The notes under the pieces are model-generated. The model worked only from the letters and a program-made list of their open reading frames with translations. It had not been told where the DNA came from and made no database searches. Below are positions 28,572 through 38,688 of a DNA stretch of 64,000 nt, piece after piece (position 1 is the first letter of the stretch; each line of letters starts with the position of its first letter). The DNA is taken from assembly GCA_032128875.1 (NCBI GenBank), contig JAVLKG010000006.1, positions 160,001-224,000 on the forward strand. Direction: 5' to 3'. The position numbers were made by a program, and so were the translations under genes. The DNA comes from Candidatus Melainabacteria bacterium 17Bon1m (lineage in GTDB: Bacteria; Cyanobacteriota; Vampirovibrionia; Obscuribacterales; Obscuribacteraceae).

Positions 28572-29282
28572 ATGAAAAGCATGGCCCAGTTACCGTTTGC
28601 CAGTTTTATGCGGCGCGCACTCCCGTTGACAATGCTATCGACGGCGCTCGTAACTCTTTCTTTTTTCCAGACGACCATGCCGGCTTTTGCAAGTGACCCT
28701 GTTGTTTGTTTGAACACGACCAAAGGGCCGATTTACATCCGTGTATTCGTAGGTATGGTTCCGAATACCGGCGGCGCTTTTCTTGATCTGGTGCAGCGAG
28801 GATTTTATAGCGGTTCTGCTTTTCACCGTGTGGAAAGTTGGTGTATTCAAGGCGGCGGTCCGAATGGTAATCCCAATGGCGTCTTCGTACACCCTGAATC
28901 AGGACAGGTGCGCAGATTGCGGCTCGAAATCAATCGCAACTTATCGCATAGCGGCCCTGGTGTAGTTGCAATGGCGCGCACGCAAGATCGAAATTCTGCA
29001 AGCTGCCAATTCTACATAACAAAACAGCAGACACGTTTCCTGGATGGCAATTACGCGATTTTCGGCGGCGTTGTTCAAGGTATGAATACTGTTTTTTCAA
29101 TTCGCCCAGGCGATGGAATTTTGAGTGCGGAAATTGTTTCGGATGGCTCAGCCCCACCGCCTCAGCAACAACAAGTCGAAGAAACTCCTCCGCCGACTCC
29201 TCAACCTCGTGGAAGAAGAGGAACCGGCGGTTCGCAAACACCTGCGATACAGCAAGGAAAACCGCAAGACAGCGGATTCTAG
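28572..29282 (+). CDS. Secreted cyclophilin-type peptidyl-prolyl isomerase
   Basis: FYSGSAFHRV, IQGG, VAMART, SASCQFYI, LDGNYAIFG. Confidence 0.93.
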   Translation: MKSMAQLPFASFMRRALPLTMLSTALVTLSFFQTTMPAFASDPVVCLNTTKGPIYIRVFVGMVPNTGGAFLDLVQRGFYSGSAFHRVESWCIQGGGPNGNPNGVFVHPESGQVRRLRLEINRNLSHSGPGVVAMARTQDRNSASCQFYITKQQTRFLDGNYAIFGGVVQGMNTVFSIRPGDGILSAEIVSDGSAPPPQQQQVEETPPPTPQPRGRRGTGGSQTPAIQQGKPQDSGF

Positions 29283-29517
29283 CGCAGGCTGTTGATGATT
29301 TTAATGCCACTGTATATGGTGGCGAAAACTAAACTCTTGTTCACTCGAATACTCGTATAAAAGCCACTAGTCAAGTGGTGAAAAATAGCTTGCCAAGCGT
29401 TTTGGATATTTGATTCGGGTGCATAAAACAAACAGCGAATTGCGTTTGATGTTTATACCAATGTTTGTGGGCGGTATTCACCGCACACAGCAGACCTTCG
29501 TTGCTTAGGAGGCTTCC

Positions 29518-30792
29518 ATGTCGACCCGTTTAACACGGGCACTTCTTTCGTGCCTTTTTGTACAGACATTCGTTGCATCTTCAGTGCCAGTAATGGCTAT
29601 GGAGCCGACGTCTATGAATCTGGGACCCGGAAACAATTTGTCGATCACAATCGACGGCCCAATCACTAATGATGATGTTGCCGGTCCGACAGAAAAGGTG
29701 AAGACGCCGACATTTGCAGTCGACGCTCCGCAAGGTTGGGATCAAGTTGCTCCCGTATCTAAAGTAGCTCCTCTCTCGAGCGCTGCTCCCAAGCATGCAC
29801 CAATGCCAGGACCGACCCTGAGAGTCAGTCATCCTACTGTTCAAAAGAAAGTAGAAGGACCGTCGTCACCTAGAATTCTCGCAATGGCAACTCTGCCTTG
29901 CGATACTGCAGAATCCGGTGACACTCAAATCATTGTCGTTGATAATGATCTTGAAAATGAAAAAGAGATTCTCAAAGAAGAATCCTATTGCAATGAAATC
30001 GTTGACGAGAATGGAAACTCTAGAATCTCGGCCGGTTCACGTTTTCGAGTTGCCGTTCTTTCGACTTTGAATAGCCACACTGCCAAAGTAAATGATCCGG
30101 TTGAAGCTCGTCTGAAAAACGACCTGGTCATACACGGAAAACTAATTGCCAAAGCAGGCAGCATTGTTCACGGAAAAGTAAGCACAGCTGCACCAGCCCG
30201 TAGAATGCTCACAGCCGAACTCTCAAGCAAGAGATGGATGAGAGCCAACGGAGCGCTAGGGCTCAATTTCTACGAAATCGTAACTGATAGTGGAGAACAC
30301 CTTCCACTTTCAGCTGCACCTGCTCGTCAGGCACGCATCGTGAAAAACGTCAACGAAGGAAGAGTACTCGGCGTAAATCACAACGGCGAAGTTGTATCTC
30401 CACTTTCAACTCAGTTGAAACACCAGGCCGCTCACCTGGCTATCCGCGGAGCCGCATCGGCAACCGGTGTCTTCAGTTTCGGCGCAGTACCACTGGCTTA
30501 CGGGGTAGTCGGCGCAATCAACCCATCGTTTGCATTCTTGCATCCAGTTGGCAAAAACGTTCGTCACAGAAGATTGAAAGGGTTTGGCATGGGAGTAATC
30601 TCAGGTTTGCCCGGCGGATTTTTGATTGCTGATTCGATCATCAAAGGTGTTGAAGCAGTTGTAAAACCTGGCGATGAATTCCTCGCCGAGTTCAAACAAG
30701 ACTTCACCGGCGAGCCCGAAACCGACGCCAGCATTCTGTCTTCGGGTCAAGGCAAAGTTCATGGACAAGTTTTGAAGACGGACGGTAAATAA
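29518..30792 (+). CDS. Secreted protein with TrbI/VirB10-like beta domain
   Basis: Signal peptide; 'AGSRFRVAVLSTLNSHTAKVNDPVEARL...IAKAGSIVHGKV', similar to 6875-7978. Confidence 0.6.
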   Translation: MSTRLTRALLSCLFVQTFVASSVPVMAMEPTSMNLGPGNNLSITIDGPITNDDVAGPTEKVKTPTFAVDAPQGWDQVAPVSKVAPLSSAAPKHAPMPGPTLRVSHPTVQKKVEGPSSPRILAMATLPCDTAESGDTQIIVVDNDLENEKEILKEESYCNEIVDENGNSRISAGSRFRVAVLSTLNSHTAKVNDPVEARLKNDLVIHGKLIAKAGSIVHGKVSTAAPARRMLTAELSSKRWMRANGALGLNFYEIVTDSGEHLPLSAAPARQARIVKNVNEGRVLGVNHNGEVVSPLSTQLKHQAAHLAIRGAASATGVFSFGAVPLAYGVVGAINPSFAFLHPVGKNVRHRRLKGFGMGVISGLPGGFLIADSIIKGVEAVVKPGDEFLAEFKQDFTGEPETDASILSSGQGKVHGQVLKTDGK

Positions 30793-30816
30793 ACCGTTCA
30801 AACGCAACGCAGATCT

Positions 30817-30846
30817 AAGAGGGTGCCCCTGATCAGGTGCCCTCTT
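30817..30846. terminator. Hairpin between convergent genes
   Basis: AAGAGGGTGCC-N8-GGTGCCCTCTT with a nearby T-run. Confidence 0.55.
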
Positions 30847-30893
30847 CGATTTTTTAGTCGTATTTACTCAAATTGAACTTTGCGAATTGTTGT

Positions 30894-32279
30894 TTAGCGA
30901 GCGTTTGCCAACCGCATCGACATAATCAAGTTTGGATTGCCCGCTTTGTCGGTCAACTTTCCATTCTTCATCAAGTCCCTTTCCTCAAGCCAGGACTCGA
31001 ATTCCGGCGCCGGTCTCAAATTCATCAGCGCTCTGAGAGATGCTGCGTCATGAAAACTGGTTGACTGATACGAGAGCATCACATCGTCACCCATCGGCAC
31101 ACCCATAAAATAATTCACGCCGGCAAGTATAAGCAGCATGGAAAGATTTTCTAGATCGTTTTGATCTGCATTCATGTGATTCGTGTAGCAAGCATCGATT
31201 CCCATAGGAACCCCCAAAAGCTTGCCCATGAAGTGGTCTTCAAGCCCAGCCCGTATCATTTGCCTGCCGTCTTTCAAATATTCAGGTCCGATAAAGCCAA
31301 CCACATCGTTGACGAGAAATGGATTGAATTGTCTTGCCAGTGCATAACAACGTGCTTCAAGCGTAACTTGATCCGCACCCTCGTGCGTATGCGAAGAAAG
31401 TTCGGAGCCTTGTCCTGTTTCAAAATACATGTACTGTCCACCGGCTACCCGAGCCAATTTTGAGCCGAGTGCCGTGCCTTCTTTCAACATGTCGTTGTCG
31501 ATGCCGAATGCCTTATTGCCTTTTTCGCAACCAGCAATGCTCTGAAAAATTAGTCCGGCAGGCGCACCTCTTTCAATCGCTTTTAACTGCGTTGTAAGGT
31601 GACTGAGGATGCAGTTTTGAGTCGGAAGGGATAATTCCTCGATCAAAGAATTTGTCGCCTCCAGGAGCCGAGCAACTGTGTCTGGTGTGTCATACGCAGG
31701 ATTTATTCCTATGACCGCGTCACCAACACCGTATGACAAACCTTCGTAAATCGATGCCAAAATTCCATCGAGCGAATCAGATGGATGATTAGGTTGTAAT
31801 CGAATCGCCAGTCGGCCTTTCAACCCGAGAGTCGTTTTGGCTCTTGCAATAACTCGCAGCTTCGATGCCGCCAAAACCAGGTCCATACTGGACATCAACT
31901 TGGTTACAGCGGCCGCCATCTCGCCCGTCAAGGCATTGCCGATTTTTCTCTCACTAAGAGTTTCCTCGTCTTCACTAAGCAAAAATTCCCTTAGCTCGCC
32001 GACAGTCCACGATTTGATTTTTTCGAATTGAACCTTGTCGAGATTATCGTCGATAATGCGTGTTACTTCATCACGCTCGTAAGGCATAACGGGCTCTTGT
32101 CGCAATTGTTCGAGCGTGACTTGGGCTAGAAGTTCTTTTGCAGCAACTCTTTCCAGCTCGCTCGCCGCAGCAATGCCTGCCAATTGGTCGCCAGATTTTT
32201 CCTCGTTGGCTTTTGCCAGCAAGTCTTTCAAATCGGCAAAGTGGAATTTCTTGCCGCCCGCTTGAATGGACAGACTCAT
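30894..32279 (-). CDS. eutB: Ethanolamine ammonia-lyase large subunit
   Basis: KANEEKSGDQLAG, RLQPNHPSD, YFETGQGS, VVGFIGPEY, MLSYQSTSFHD. Confidence 0.96.
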   Translation of the reverse strand: MSLSIQAGGKKFHFADLKDLLAKANEEKSGDQLAGIAAASELERVAAKELLAQVTLEQLRQEPVMPYERDEVTRIIDDNLDKVQFEKIKSWTVGELREFLLSEDEETLSERKIGNALTGEMAAAVTKLMSSMDLVLAASKLRVIARAKTTLGLKGRLAIRLQPNHPSDSLDGILASIYEGLSYGVGDAVIGINPAYDTPDTVARLLEATNSLIEELSLPTQNCILSHLTTQLKAIERGAPAGLIFQSIAGCEKGNKAFGIDNDMLKEGTALGSKLARVAGGQYMYFETGQGSELSSHTHEGADQVTLEARCYALARQFNPFLVNDVVGFIGPEYLKDGRQMIRAGLEDHFMGKLLGVPMGIDACYTNHMNADQNDLENLSMLLILAGVNYFMGVPMGDDVMLSYQSTSFHDAASLRALMNLRPAPEFESWLEERDLMKNGKLTDKAGNPNLIMSMRLANAR

Positions 32280-32367
32280 GCGCTGATTTCTCTACAAACG
32301 CATACAGAGGAAGCTCAATAGTGTATCGTATTCGGTCCCGATTCTCATAAGTTTTCGGTTTGTTTCC

Positions 32368-33105
32368 ATGAGCGCGGACTCAAAAGCCAGTAATCACGAT
32401 GCGGCGGATTTTTCGTCGAAGACTCCGGCTCGCGTTGCCGTCGGGCGCGCAGGCACTCGCCCTATAACATCTGCCTGGCTTAAGTTTCGCGTCGATCACG
32501 CGCTCGCTCGTGACGCCATCTCCAGTGAGTTGGATACGGACTTCATTCAAAAATTTGCTGTCGCCAATGGTTATCCGATCGTTCAGTCATCGGTCGCTTC
32601 TAAAGACGAGTTCATCCAATACCCCCCACGCGGAAAAGTTGTCGAGGAAAAAACACTCGCACAACTGAGGACGCAATGCTCAAGCGGCAATGATGTTCAA
32701 ATCGTGATCAGCGACGGGCTTTCAGCAAAAGCTGTGGAAAAAAACGCAGCCAATCTTTTGCCGATGATAGTCGATGGTCTGAAGATGAACAATATTTCCT
32801 GCGGACTTCCCGTTATAGTTCGCTATGGACGTGTCGCTGTGGGCGATCAAATTGCATTCGCCCTCACGTCACGAGTGGTCATCAACCTCATTGGCGAGCG
32901 CCCCGGATTATCTTCCGCAGAAGGGCTCTCTGCCTACATTACGTACAATCCATCGCCGCAAACAATCAGCTCTGATCGAACTGTTGTTTCCAACATTCAC
33001 GAGCGCGGAACTCCCGCTGTCGAAGCTGGCGCTTACATTGTCCGATTGGTCAAAACTATCTTGGAAAGAAAAGTATCTGGCGTAGAACTTCAGAAGTTGA
33101 GCTGA
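32368..33105 (+). CDS. eutC: Ethanolamine ammonia-lyase small subunit
   Basis: TPARVAVGRAG, DHALARDA, ISDGLSA, LIGERPGL, VSNIH. Confidence 0.95.
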   Translation: MSADSKASNHDAADFSSKTPARVAVGRAGTRPITSAWLKFRVDHALARDAISSELDTDFIQKFAVANGYPIVQSSVASKDEFIQYPPRGKVVEEKTLAQLRTQCSSGNDVQIVISDGLSAKAVEKNAANLLPMIVDGLKMNNISCGLPVIVRYGRVAVGDQIAFALTSRVVINLIGERPGLSSAEGLSAYITYNPSPQTISSDRTVVSNIHERGTPAVEAGAYIVRLVKTILERKVSGVELQKLS

Positions 33106-33117
33106 GTCGATTCAACC

Positions 33118-34629
33118 ATGACGACTTTTCTCAGTGTTGGAATCGATGTGGGTACAACCTCCACCCACCTTACGTTTACGCGATTGACTGTGGTCAATGC
33201 TGCGCTTGTAAACCAATCGCCGCTTCCAAAAATCGAAAGCCGCGAGATCATATTTCAAAGTCCCATTCATTTGACTCCGCTTACCTCAGACGGCGTAATC
33301 GATGCTCAATCGGTTTTCAAACTAATCGAAGCCGAGTATGAACGTGCTGAAATAAAACGCGAAGACATAAAAGTCGGAGCGGCGATAGTGACTGGTGAGA
33401 CAGCGCTGAAACGCAACGCCCGTGAGGTTGTTGAGCAACTTTGCCTGCTGTCCGGTGATCTCGTTGCTGTCAGCGCTGGTCCACATCTCGAAGCTGTTCT
33501 TTCCGCTCGCGGATCAGGTGCAGTTGCAGCGTCAGCGCAAAATTGCTCGACAATTTTGAACATCGACATCGGTGGTGGAACGATGAATTTGGCGCTCTAT
33601 AAAAATGGCGCGTTGATTTCTACTCACTGTCTTGGAATTGGTGGTAGATGTTTTCAGTTCAAACATGGACAGAGCGCGGATTCCGAAGAATTTGAAGTAA
33701 GTGCTATCAACGAGAGTGGATTTTTCTATCTGCCTGCTGGTTTCAAAATTGGCGAAAAGTTGAAATGCGAGCAGCTGACTCGAATTGCAAATTTGATTGC
33801 ATCAGATGTGGTCGATTTCATAAATCAGAAAGGCGACGACACGAAGTTGAAAAATCTTCCTCTCACTACGTTCGAACCTGACTGGTCTTCGCCTGATGAA
33901 ATATGGCTCTGTGGCGGCATTGCAGAGTTTCTTCTGGATGAAAAACTGAATCGTTTCCAATTCTGTGACATGGGTGGTCTGATAGCTGACGCATTGCTTT
34001 CAAACTTGAAAACCGCCAAATTGAATTTCAAAATTCCTCAGCAGCCGATTCGCGCGACAGTAACCGGCGCCGGAATGTATTCGATGCAAGTGAGTGGATC
34101 AACGATCGATTTTGATATCGAGCATCTGCCGTTGCGCAATGTCCCCTTGCTGAGACCGTTTGAAGACAAAAGTCAATTATCGGATGAAGACGAAATCGTG
34201 GACAGAATAAAATCAGCAATCGAGCGCATTGATCCTGAAATGCGAGTTAACACAATTGCATTCGAGTTACCCTCGCTCGAAAAATCTCTCGATTACAATT
34301 CGCTGAAGCAAATCGCTCACGGGTTGGCAGCTGCAGCAATTAAAATTGCTAGATTGCGTCCTTTTGTTCTAGTCTTGCAGGAAGACTTGGGAATGGCTCT
34401 GGGGCAGCTTTTCCGGCTTTCGAGTCAGGAGATTCTTAGGCCAGAAGCCGAGCCAAATTCCGGCGACAAAAAAAACGCTGTCGACTCTTGTCCATTGATT
34501 GTTTTAGACGGTATTACAACCACTGATGGCGATTTTATTGATATTGGTAAACCGGTGAGTTTGGATTCGAACGGAATCGCGCGCACGGTTCCTGTCGTGT
34601 TGAAAACGCTAGTGTTCGGAAACCCATAG
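33118..34629 (+). CDS. eutA: Ethanolamine ammonia-lyase reactivating factor
   Basis: SVGIDVGTTSTH, IVTGETA, AGPHLEAVLSARGSGA, DIGGGT, IRATVTGAG, GDFIDIG, PVVLKTL. Confidence 0.93.
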   Translation: MTTFLSVGIDVGTTSTHLTFTRLTVVNAALVNQSPLPKIESREIIFQSPIHLTPLTSDGVIDAQSVFKLIEAEYERAEIKREDIKVGAAIVTGETALKRNAREVVEQLCLLSGDLVAVSAGPHLEAVLSARGSGAVAASAQNCSTILNIDIGGGTMNLALYKNGALISTHCLGIGGRCFQFKHGQSADSEEFEVSAINESGFFYLPAGFKIGEKLKCEQLTRIANLIASDVVDFINQKGDDTKLKNLPLTTFEPDWSSPDEIWLCGGIAEFLLDEKLNRFQFCDMGGLIADALLSNLKTAKLNFKIPQQPIRATVTGAGMYSMQVSGSTIDFDIEHLPLRNVPLLRPFEDKSQLSDEDEIVDRIKSAIERIDPEMRVNTIAFELPSLEKSLDYNSLKQIAHGLAAAAIKIARLRPFVLVLQEDLGMALGQLFRLSSQEILRPEAEPNSGDKKNAVDSCPLIVLDGITTTDGDFIDIGKPVSLDSNGIARTVPVVLKTLVFGNP

Positions 34630-34641
34630 TGGTTCTATCGT

Positions 34642-34661
34642 GGGTCGCATTGCATGCGCCC
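34642..34661. repeat. REP-like palindrome (GGGCGCATTGCATGCGCCC type)
   Basis: GGGTCGCATTGCATGCGCCC; related copies at about 155-176 and 44077-44098. Confidence 0.5.
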
Positions 34662-34709
34662 TTGAAAAATTTTCTAGAGACTTACCCGCTCCACCGTAGC
34701 CTGCTTTGA

Positions 34710-35309
34710 CTAGTCAAACACACACTTCAATGTGAGCGCATGTTTAAGTCGCTCCAAATATTCTTTACGCGAAATCTGTAACGCATTGAATGTGCTCAAG
34801 TGATCCGTCACGTACTGGGAATCGAGTAGCACAAAACCTCGCTCCTTCATGCGTTCTACTAGATAAACGAGACTGACTTTCGAAGCGTCAGTGACGCGGT
34901 GAAACATCGACTCGCCCATAAACGCACCGCCAATACTTACGCCATATAAACCGCCTGCAATTTCGCCCTCAAAATATGCTTCGACCGAATGCGCAAAACC
35001 GTGCTCATGCAGTTCGCAATAGACGCGCAAAATGTCTTCAGTAATCCACGTGCTATCGCGTTCAGCACACAATCGCATGATGCCTTCAAAGTCATGATTC
35101 ACTCTCATTTCGAATTTACCGCTGCGAACCGTTCGCATCAAACGCTTGGACGCGTGAAAATCGTCCAGCGGAATAATGCAACGCGGATCAGGCGAGTACC
35201 AACGAATAATGCCATCATCGTGACCCATCGGAAAAATTCCAGCGGTGTACGCGCGCAGCACGAGTTCGGCAGTAAACTCGGGCTCAATCTTGTCACGTAA
35301 CCATTTCAT
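34710..35309 (-). CDS. aat: Leucyl/phenylalanyl-tRNA--protein transferase
   Basis: AYTAGIFPM, WYSPDPR, AHSVE, GGLYGV, FMGESMF, DASKV. Confidence 0.95.
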   Translation of the reverse strand: MKWLRDKIEPEFTAELVLRAYTAGIFPMGHDDGIIRWYSPDPRCIIPLDDFHASKRLMRTVRSGKFEMRVNHDFEGIMRLCAERDSTWITEDILRVYCELHEHGFAHSVEAYFEGEIAGGLYGVSIGGAFMGESMFHRVTDASKVSLVYLVERMKERGFVLLDSQYVTDHLSTFNALQISRKEYLERLKHALTLKCVFD

Positions 35310-35336
35310 CGATTGCTTTGCTTATCAGACCGGAAT

Positions 35337-35909
35337 TTACTTCTTCAATTCATTCTTCGCTGATGCTGGGGTCAAGCTTCGAATGTACGCAATTAAGTCT
35401 GTCATGTCATTGTCGTCGACTCGAGCCTTACTAAAGGATGGCATACCTGCTTTTAGAACGCCCGTCCGGATTAACTGTTCTATTTGCCCATCTTCTTTAT
35501 AGCGAGCGAGAAAGCCGGGACCTTTGAGCGGGCGGTATGGGTGTAGCGAATTTTCGCCATTGGGGTGGCATCCCGAACAGGTCAGCTTATTGAATAAAAA
35601 TTTGCCTCTGGCGATCTTGTCGGGCGATGGTTTCGCTGACTTTGGTTTTCCCTCGCCCGCTTTACCTGCAGATGTTTTGTCTGCACTCGCTTTTCCGGCA
35701 CCCGTTTTGTTATCAGTGGATTTGCCGGCGGGTTTTGCCTGAACTTCTTTAGCCGCGGAAGTTTTAGCAATTTGGGTGGTGACGGGTTTTGATGCAAGCA
35801 CTGGGCTAAAAACTCCCAGAACAAGCGCCAAAATTATCAGCGTGTTTCTTCTCGTTGCCGAGCCCGGGTGCCAAACTGGGATTCCAAAAAAATGTTTTTG
35901 CCGCTTCAT
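35337..35909 (-). CDS. Monoheme c-type cytochrome (c6-like)
   Basis: Signal/TM, Lys-rich linker, CSGCH heme motif, AGMPSF axial Met. Confidence 0.88.
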   Translation of the reverse strand: MKRQKHFFGIPVWHPGSATRRNTLIILALVLGVFSPVLASKPVTTQIAKTSAAKEVQAKPAGKSTDNKTGAGKASADKTSAGKAGEGKPKSAKPSPDKIARGKFLFNKLTCSGCHPNGENSLHPYRPLKGPGFLARYKEDGQIEQLIRTGVLKAGMPSFSKARVDDNDMTDLIAYIRSLTPASAKNELKK

Positions 35910-36117
35910 GTTCTAAATTCTAGCGCTCACCAGGGCGTTTCATCTTTATAGACCAAATTTGCCCAACTTCATTGTTACCGTGCCAGTGTAGGTTCACCAC
36001 CACCGAGCCTTCTTACTAAGCCAACCTCTCCTCCTTTTTTCCCATTCTTTTCAGCAACTACAGATTTCGAGCAATTTGCTTTTGGGATCTTAGGGCTCGA
36101 TTTTCAGGTAAAAGCCT

Positions 36118-37029
36118 GTGAGTGAATCATCCACTATTAGACAGCAAGATGCGAAAACTGGTTCCGAGACCTTGCGCTCATCCACGGAACATCATGCATC
36201 AGCACGCTTGTTCGATGAAGCAGATGCGTTGCGTGCTTCTGCAATTACGGATGTGAAACAAGCACAATGCGCACGCCAGCCCTCTGCGGGTGAAGTACCT
36301 GTGATGAAGCCAGGGAAGGCGACAAGCGGATGTGACTATCAAGATCTGAAGAGAGTGGCGCAGGACTCTGGAGTGTTGAATGTTCCCAATCTCTGGGCTA
36401 CCGGTTCTGAATCTACTGCGCGGATTGTCTTGCACGCGAAAAAAGGAACTGAAGACGGCATCACTCAAGGTACTGGTGTAGCTATCGGGAAAGTCGGTGA
36501 CCAGTGTGTGATGGCAACAGCGCGCCACGTTGTCGAAAGTACTTCAAAGCGCCAAATAGTTGCCAGCGCGGTAGAAATGAACGACGGTAATTTCTACAAA
36601 TACGATGTGAAAATCATGGACCCGCTCAGCGATCGCGCGGTGATTGCTGTGAAGACCGGCGCTAAGACTGATGAACTTTGTCATCCTGTTGTAGCTGGCG
36701 AATCAGTTATGAACTCTGGAAAAGCCGCGATAGTCAGCTATCCGGGCAATTCGAATTCGAAGCATTTGTCGATGGCGCGCGTTGAAGGCGTTAAGGACAG
36801 TGCGCCATACACGGCTGATGCGAAGGGAAGTACGAAGGAAATTTATACCGAAGCGCACACGAAGAAGGGAAGTTCTGGCGCGCCGATGTTCGACACCACC
36901 GGCAAACTCCGCGCATTAGTTACGCGCGGACCAATTGATGGTCGCCCGGATGACGATGTGACCGTGCTTGCGCCCGTCACAACTCAAGACCAGCGGCGCT
37001 GGATGGAAGAATTCCGTAAAGCTAGATAG
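36118..37029 (+). CDS. Trypsin-like serine protease
   Basis: GTG..TARHVV, DRAVI, KGSSGAPMFD; triad intact, no clear signal peptide. Confidence 0.8.
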   Translation: MSESSTIRQQDAKTGSETLRSSTEHHASARLFDEADALRASAITDVKQAQCARQPSAGEVPVMKPGKATSGCDYQDLKRVAQDSGVLNVPNLWATGSESTARIVLHAKKGTEDGITQGTGVAIGKVGDQCVMATARHVVESTSKRQIVASAVEMNDGNFYKYDVKIMDPLSDRAVIAVKTGAKTDELCHPVVAGESVMNSGKAAIVSYPGNSNSKHLSMARVEGVKDSAPYTADAKGSTKEIYTEAHTKKGSSGAPMFDTTGKLRALVTRGPIDGRPDDDVTVLAPVTTQDQRRWMEEFRKAR

Positions 37030-37037
37030 ATTTTCTT

Positions 37038-37700
37038 CTATTCTTCGAAGTTCAGATTCATTGGCGTGGCTGAATATCCGGTGCCATGTGCGTACTTGCC
37101 GGTGAGAGGAACGTCCTTACCGACTTCTTCAAGACTCACATCGTCAACCCACACCTGTCCTTTTCCAATTAACATCATTCCGAACGCTATGCCTGTGGAC
37201 TTTGCCGGCAGCTGAACAACCAAATCATACTTCTTCCAATCCGTAATTCCATTGATGGGTCTATCGTCCATGTTATCGAAAGCCCCAGTTTTCGTGTCAG
37301 ATTCCCACTCACCGTCGATGCGTATCCATAGTTGACAGGTTCCGGATTCAATTTTTGATTTGACCCATGCGGACAGCTTTACTCGCTTTCCCACGTAGTT
37401 CTTAGCGTCAATGTATTGCATCAAATTGCCGAATGGTCTTGGCTTTTTGACGATAGATCTCAGAGTCGCGCAAGACTTACCGCTATGCTTTTCGCTTGTA
37501 TCAATGAATGTCTCGTAGTCGCTCTCATGTTCAGCGCAATACATCCAGCCCTTTGGCGTTTTAGTTTTTGAAGCGACGTCAGCTGCAGCGTCTTTCGCTG
37601 CTTCGTTGGCGCGAGCCGGTGTAACAAAAGCCAGCATATTTGAAATTGCTAGGAGTGTTCCTAGGAAAGTCATTGCATTGATTCTCGATGGCTGTTTCAT
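37038..37700 (-). CDS. Secreted galactose-binding-like (CBM-like beta-sandwich) protein
   Basis: Signal peptide; 'FGNLMQYIDAKNYVGKRVKLSAWVK...FDNMDDRPINGITDWKKY...GQVWVDD'. Confidence 0.7.
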   Translation of the reverse strand: MKQPSRINAMTFLGTLLAISNMLAFVTPARANEAAKDAAADVASKTKTPKGWMYCAEHESDYETFIDTSEKHSGKSCATLRSIVKKPRPFGNLMQYIDAKNYVGKRVKLSAWVKSKIESGTCQLWIRIDGEWESDTKTGAFDNMDDRPINGITDWKKYDLVVQLPAKSTGIAFGMMLIGKGQVWVDDVSLEEVGKDVPLTGKYAHGTGYSATPMNLNFEE

Positions 37701-37794
37701 GCTTTGCCTCGTATCAAACGTTTCGAGTGACTGTGAGTAAGTTACTATGGAACTATGGTCTTATCATTCCCGCGTTCGAGAGAGAAACTAAACC

Positions 37795-38151
37795 TTGCGC
37801 TGGAAATACCTAAAGATTGCTTTGATTGGCGCCCTCCTTGGGTTTCTTGGGCAATTTTTGTTTGATTTTTTCACGCCAAATATTGATGTCGATTATCACG
37901 GGCACAGGCAAAAAGATTCGGCGTTCCAAATCTTCTGTTCTATGCACGGTAATTCAAAGTTGTGTGCCGAAGATCAAAACCTTGTGATGCAATGCATACC
38001 GTTGTTTTTTCAAGCGTTAACATTGATATGGTTATCGGAAAGTTCGGAAGGCGCCTTGCGTACTGCTGCTATTTCCGCCCTATTGCTGGTCGCGATTGTT
38101 CAATCTATTGAACACCTGAAGCGCAATAAGCTGATGGCGAACAATTCCTAA
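37795..38151 (+). CDS. Hypothetical membrane protein
   Basis: 118-aa ORF with three hydrophobic segments filling the gap. Confidence 0.5.
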   Translation: MRWKYLKIALIGALLGFLGQFLFDFFTPNIDVDYHGHRQKDSAFQIFCSMHGNSKLCAEDQNLVMQCIPLFFQALTLIWLSESSEGALRTAAISALLLVAIVQSIEHLKRNKLMANNS

Positions 38152-38669
38152 AGCCCCGGAGTGCTAGGTGGGCGGAGTTCGCCGAGTTCGCCTTTGATGT
38201 TGCCGAACCAAACGCGCGGAATCAATCCTATTCCCCGAATCAGAGGTGGTGGTTCCGGCAAATCGGCTCCATATGTGTGCAGCACACTAAATGTTTGATG
38301 AACGCAATTGTTTTTTAGCAAATTCCATCCACCTGCACCACTAGCTGCCGCCGCTTGTATCGCCTCTTTCGGTTTAGGATTTTGAACTGGGAAGGCTTTG
38401 AAGTGATGGTATCGTATATGGTGTCCAGACTTCATGATGTCCATCATCGAAGCCAGCGTTCCTTCCTGGCACCAGTAGTCTACATCGGCGCCAACTGGAA
38501 CACTTGCGTATCGCATCCAAGCCATAAAATCGTGCATATCGTGGTGGATCAAATGATCAGTAGAGCCAAATAGGTAGCGGTCGTATCCATCGAGCTTTAA
38601 GCCCCAGCCGATGTGTCCTAGATGAGCTGCTTGTTTGAAATTGATAAAGACAAAAGCGCGACCGATCAT
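38148..38669 (-). CDS. Hypothetical protein, possible permuted papain-like (NlpC/P60) hydrolase
   Basis: Likely start MIGRAFVF just after folA; GHIGWG and WNLLKNNCVH (His before NC). Confidence 0.55.
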   Translation of the reverse strand: MIGRAFVFINFKQAAHLGHIGWGLKLDGYDRYLFGSTDHLIHHDMHDFMAWMRYASVPVGADVDYWCQEGTLASMMDIMKSGHHIRYHHFKAFPVQNPKPKEAIQAAAASGAGGWNLLKNNCVHQTFSVLHTYGADLPEPPPLIRGIGLIPRVWFGNIKGELGELRPPSTPGL

Positions 38670-38688
38670 GGGATTCCTGTTCGAAAGC

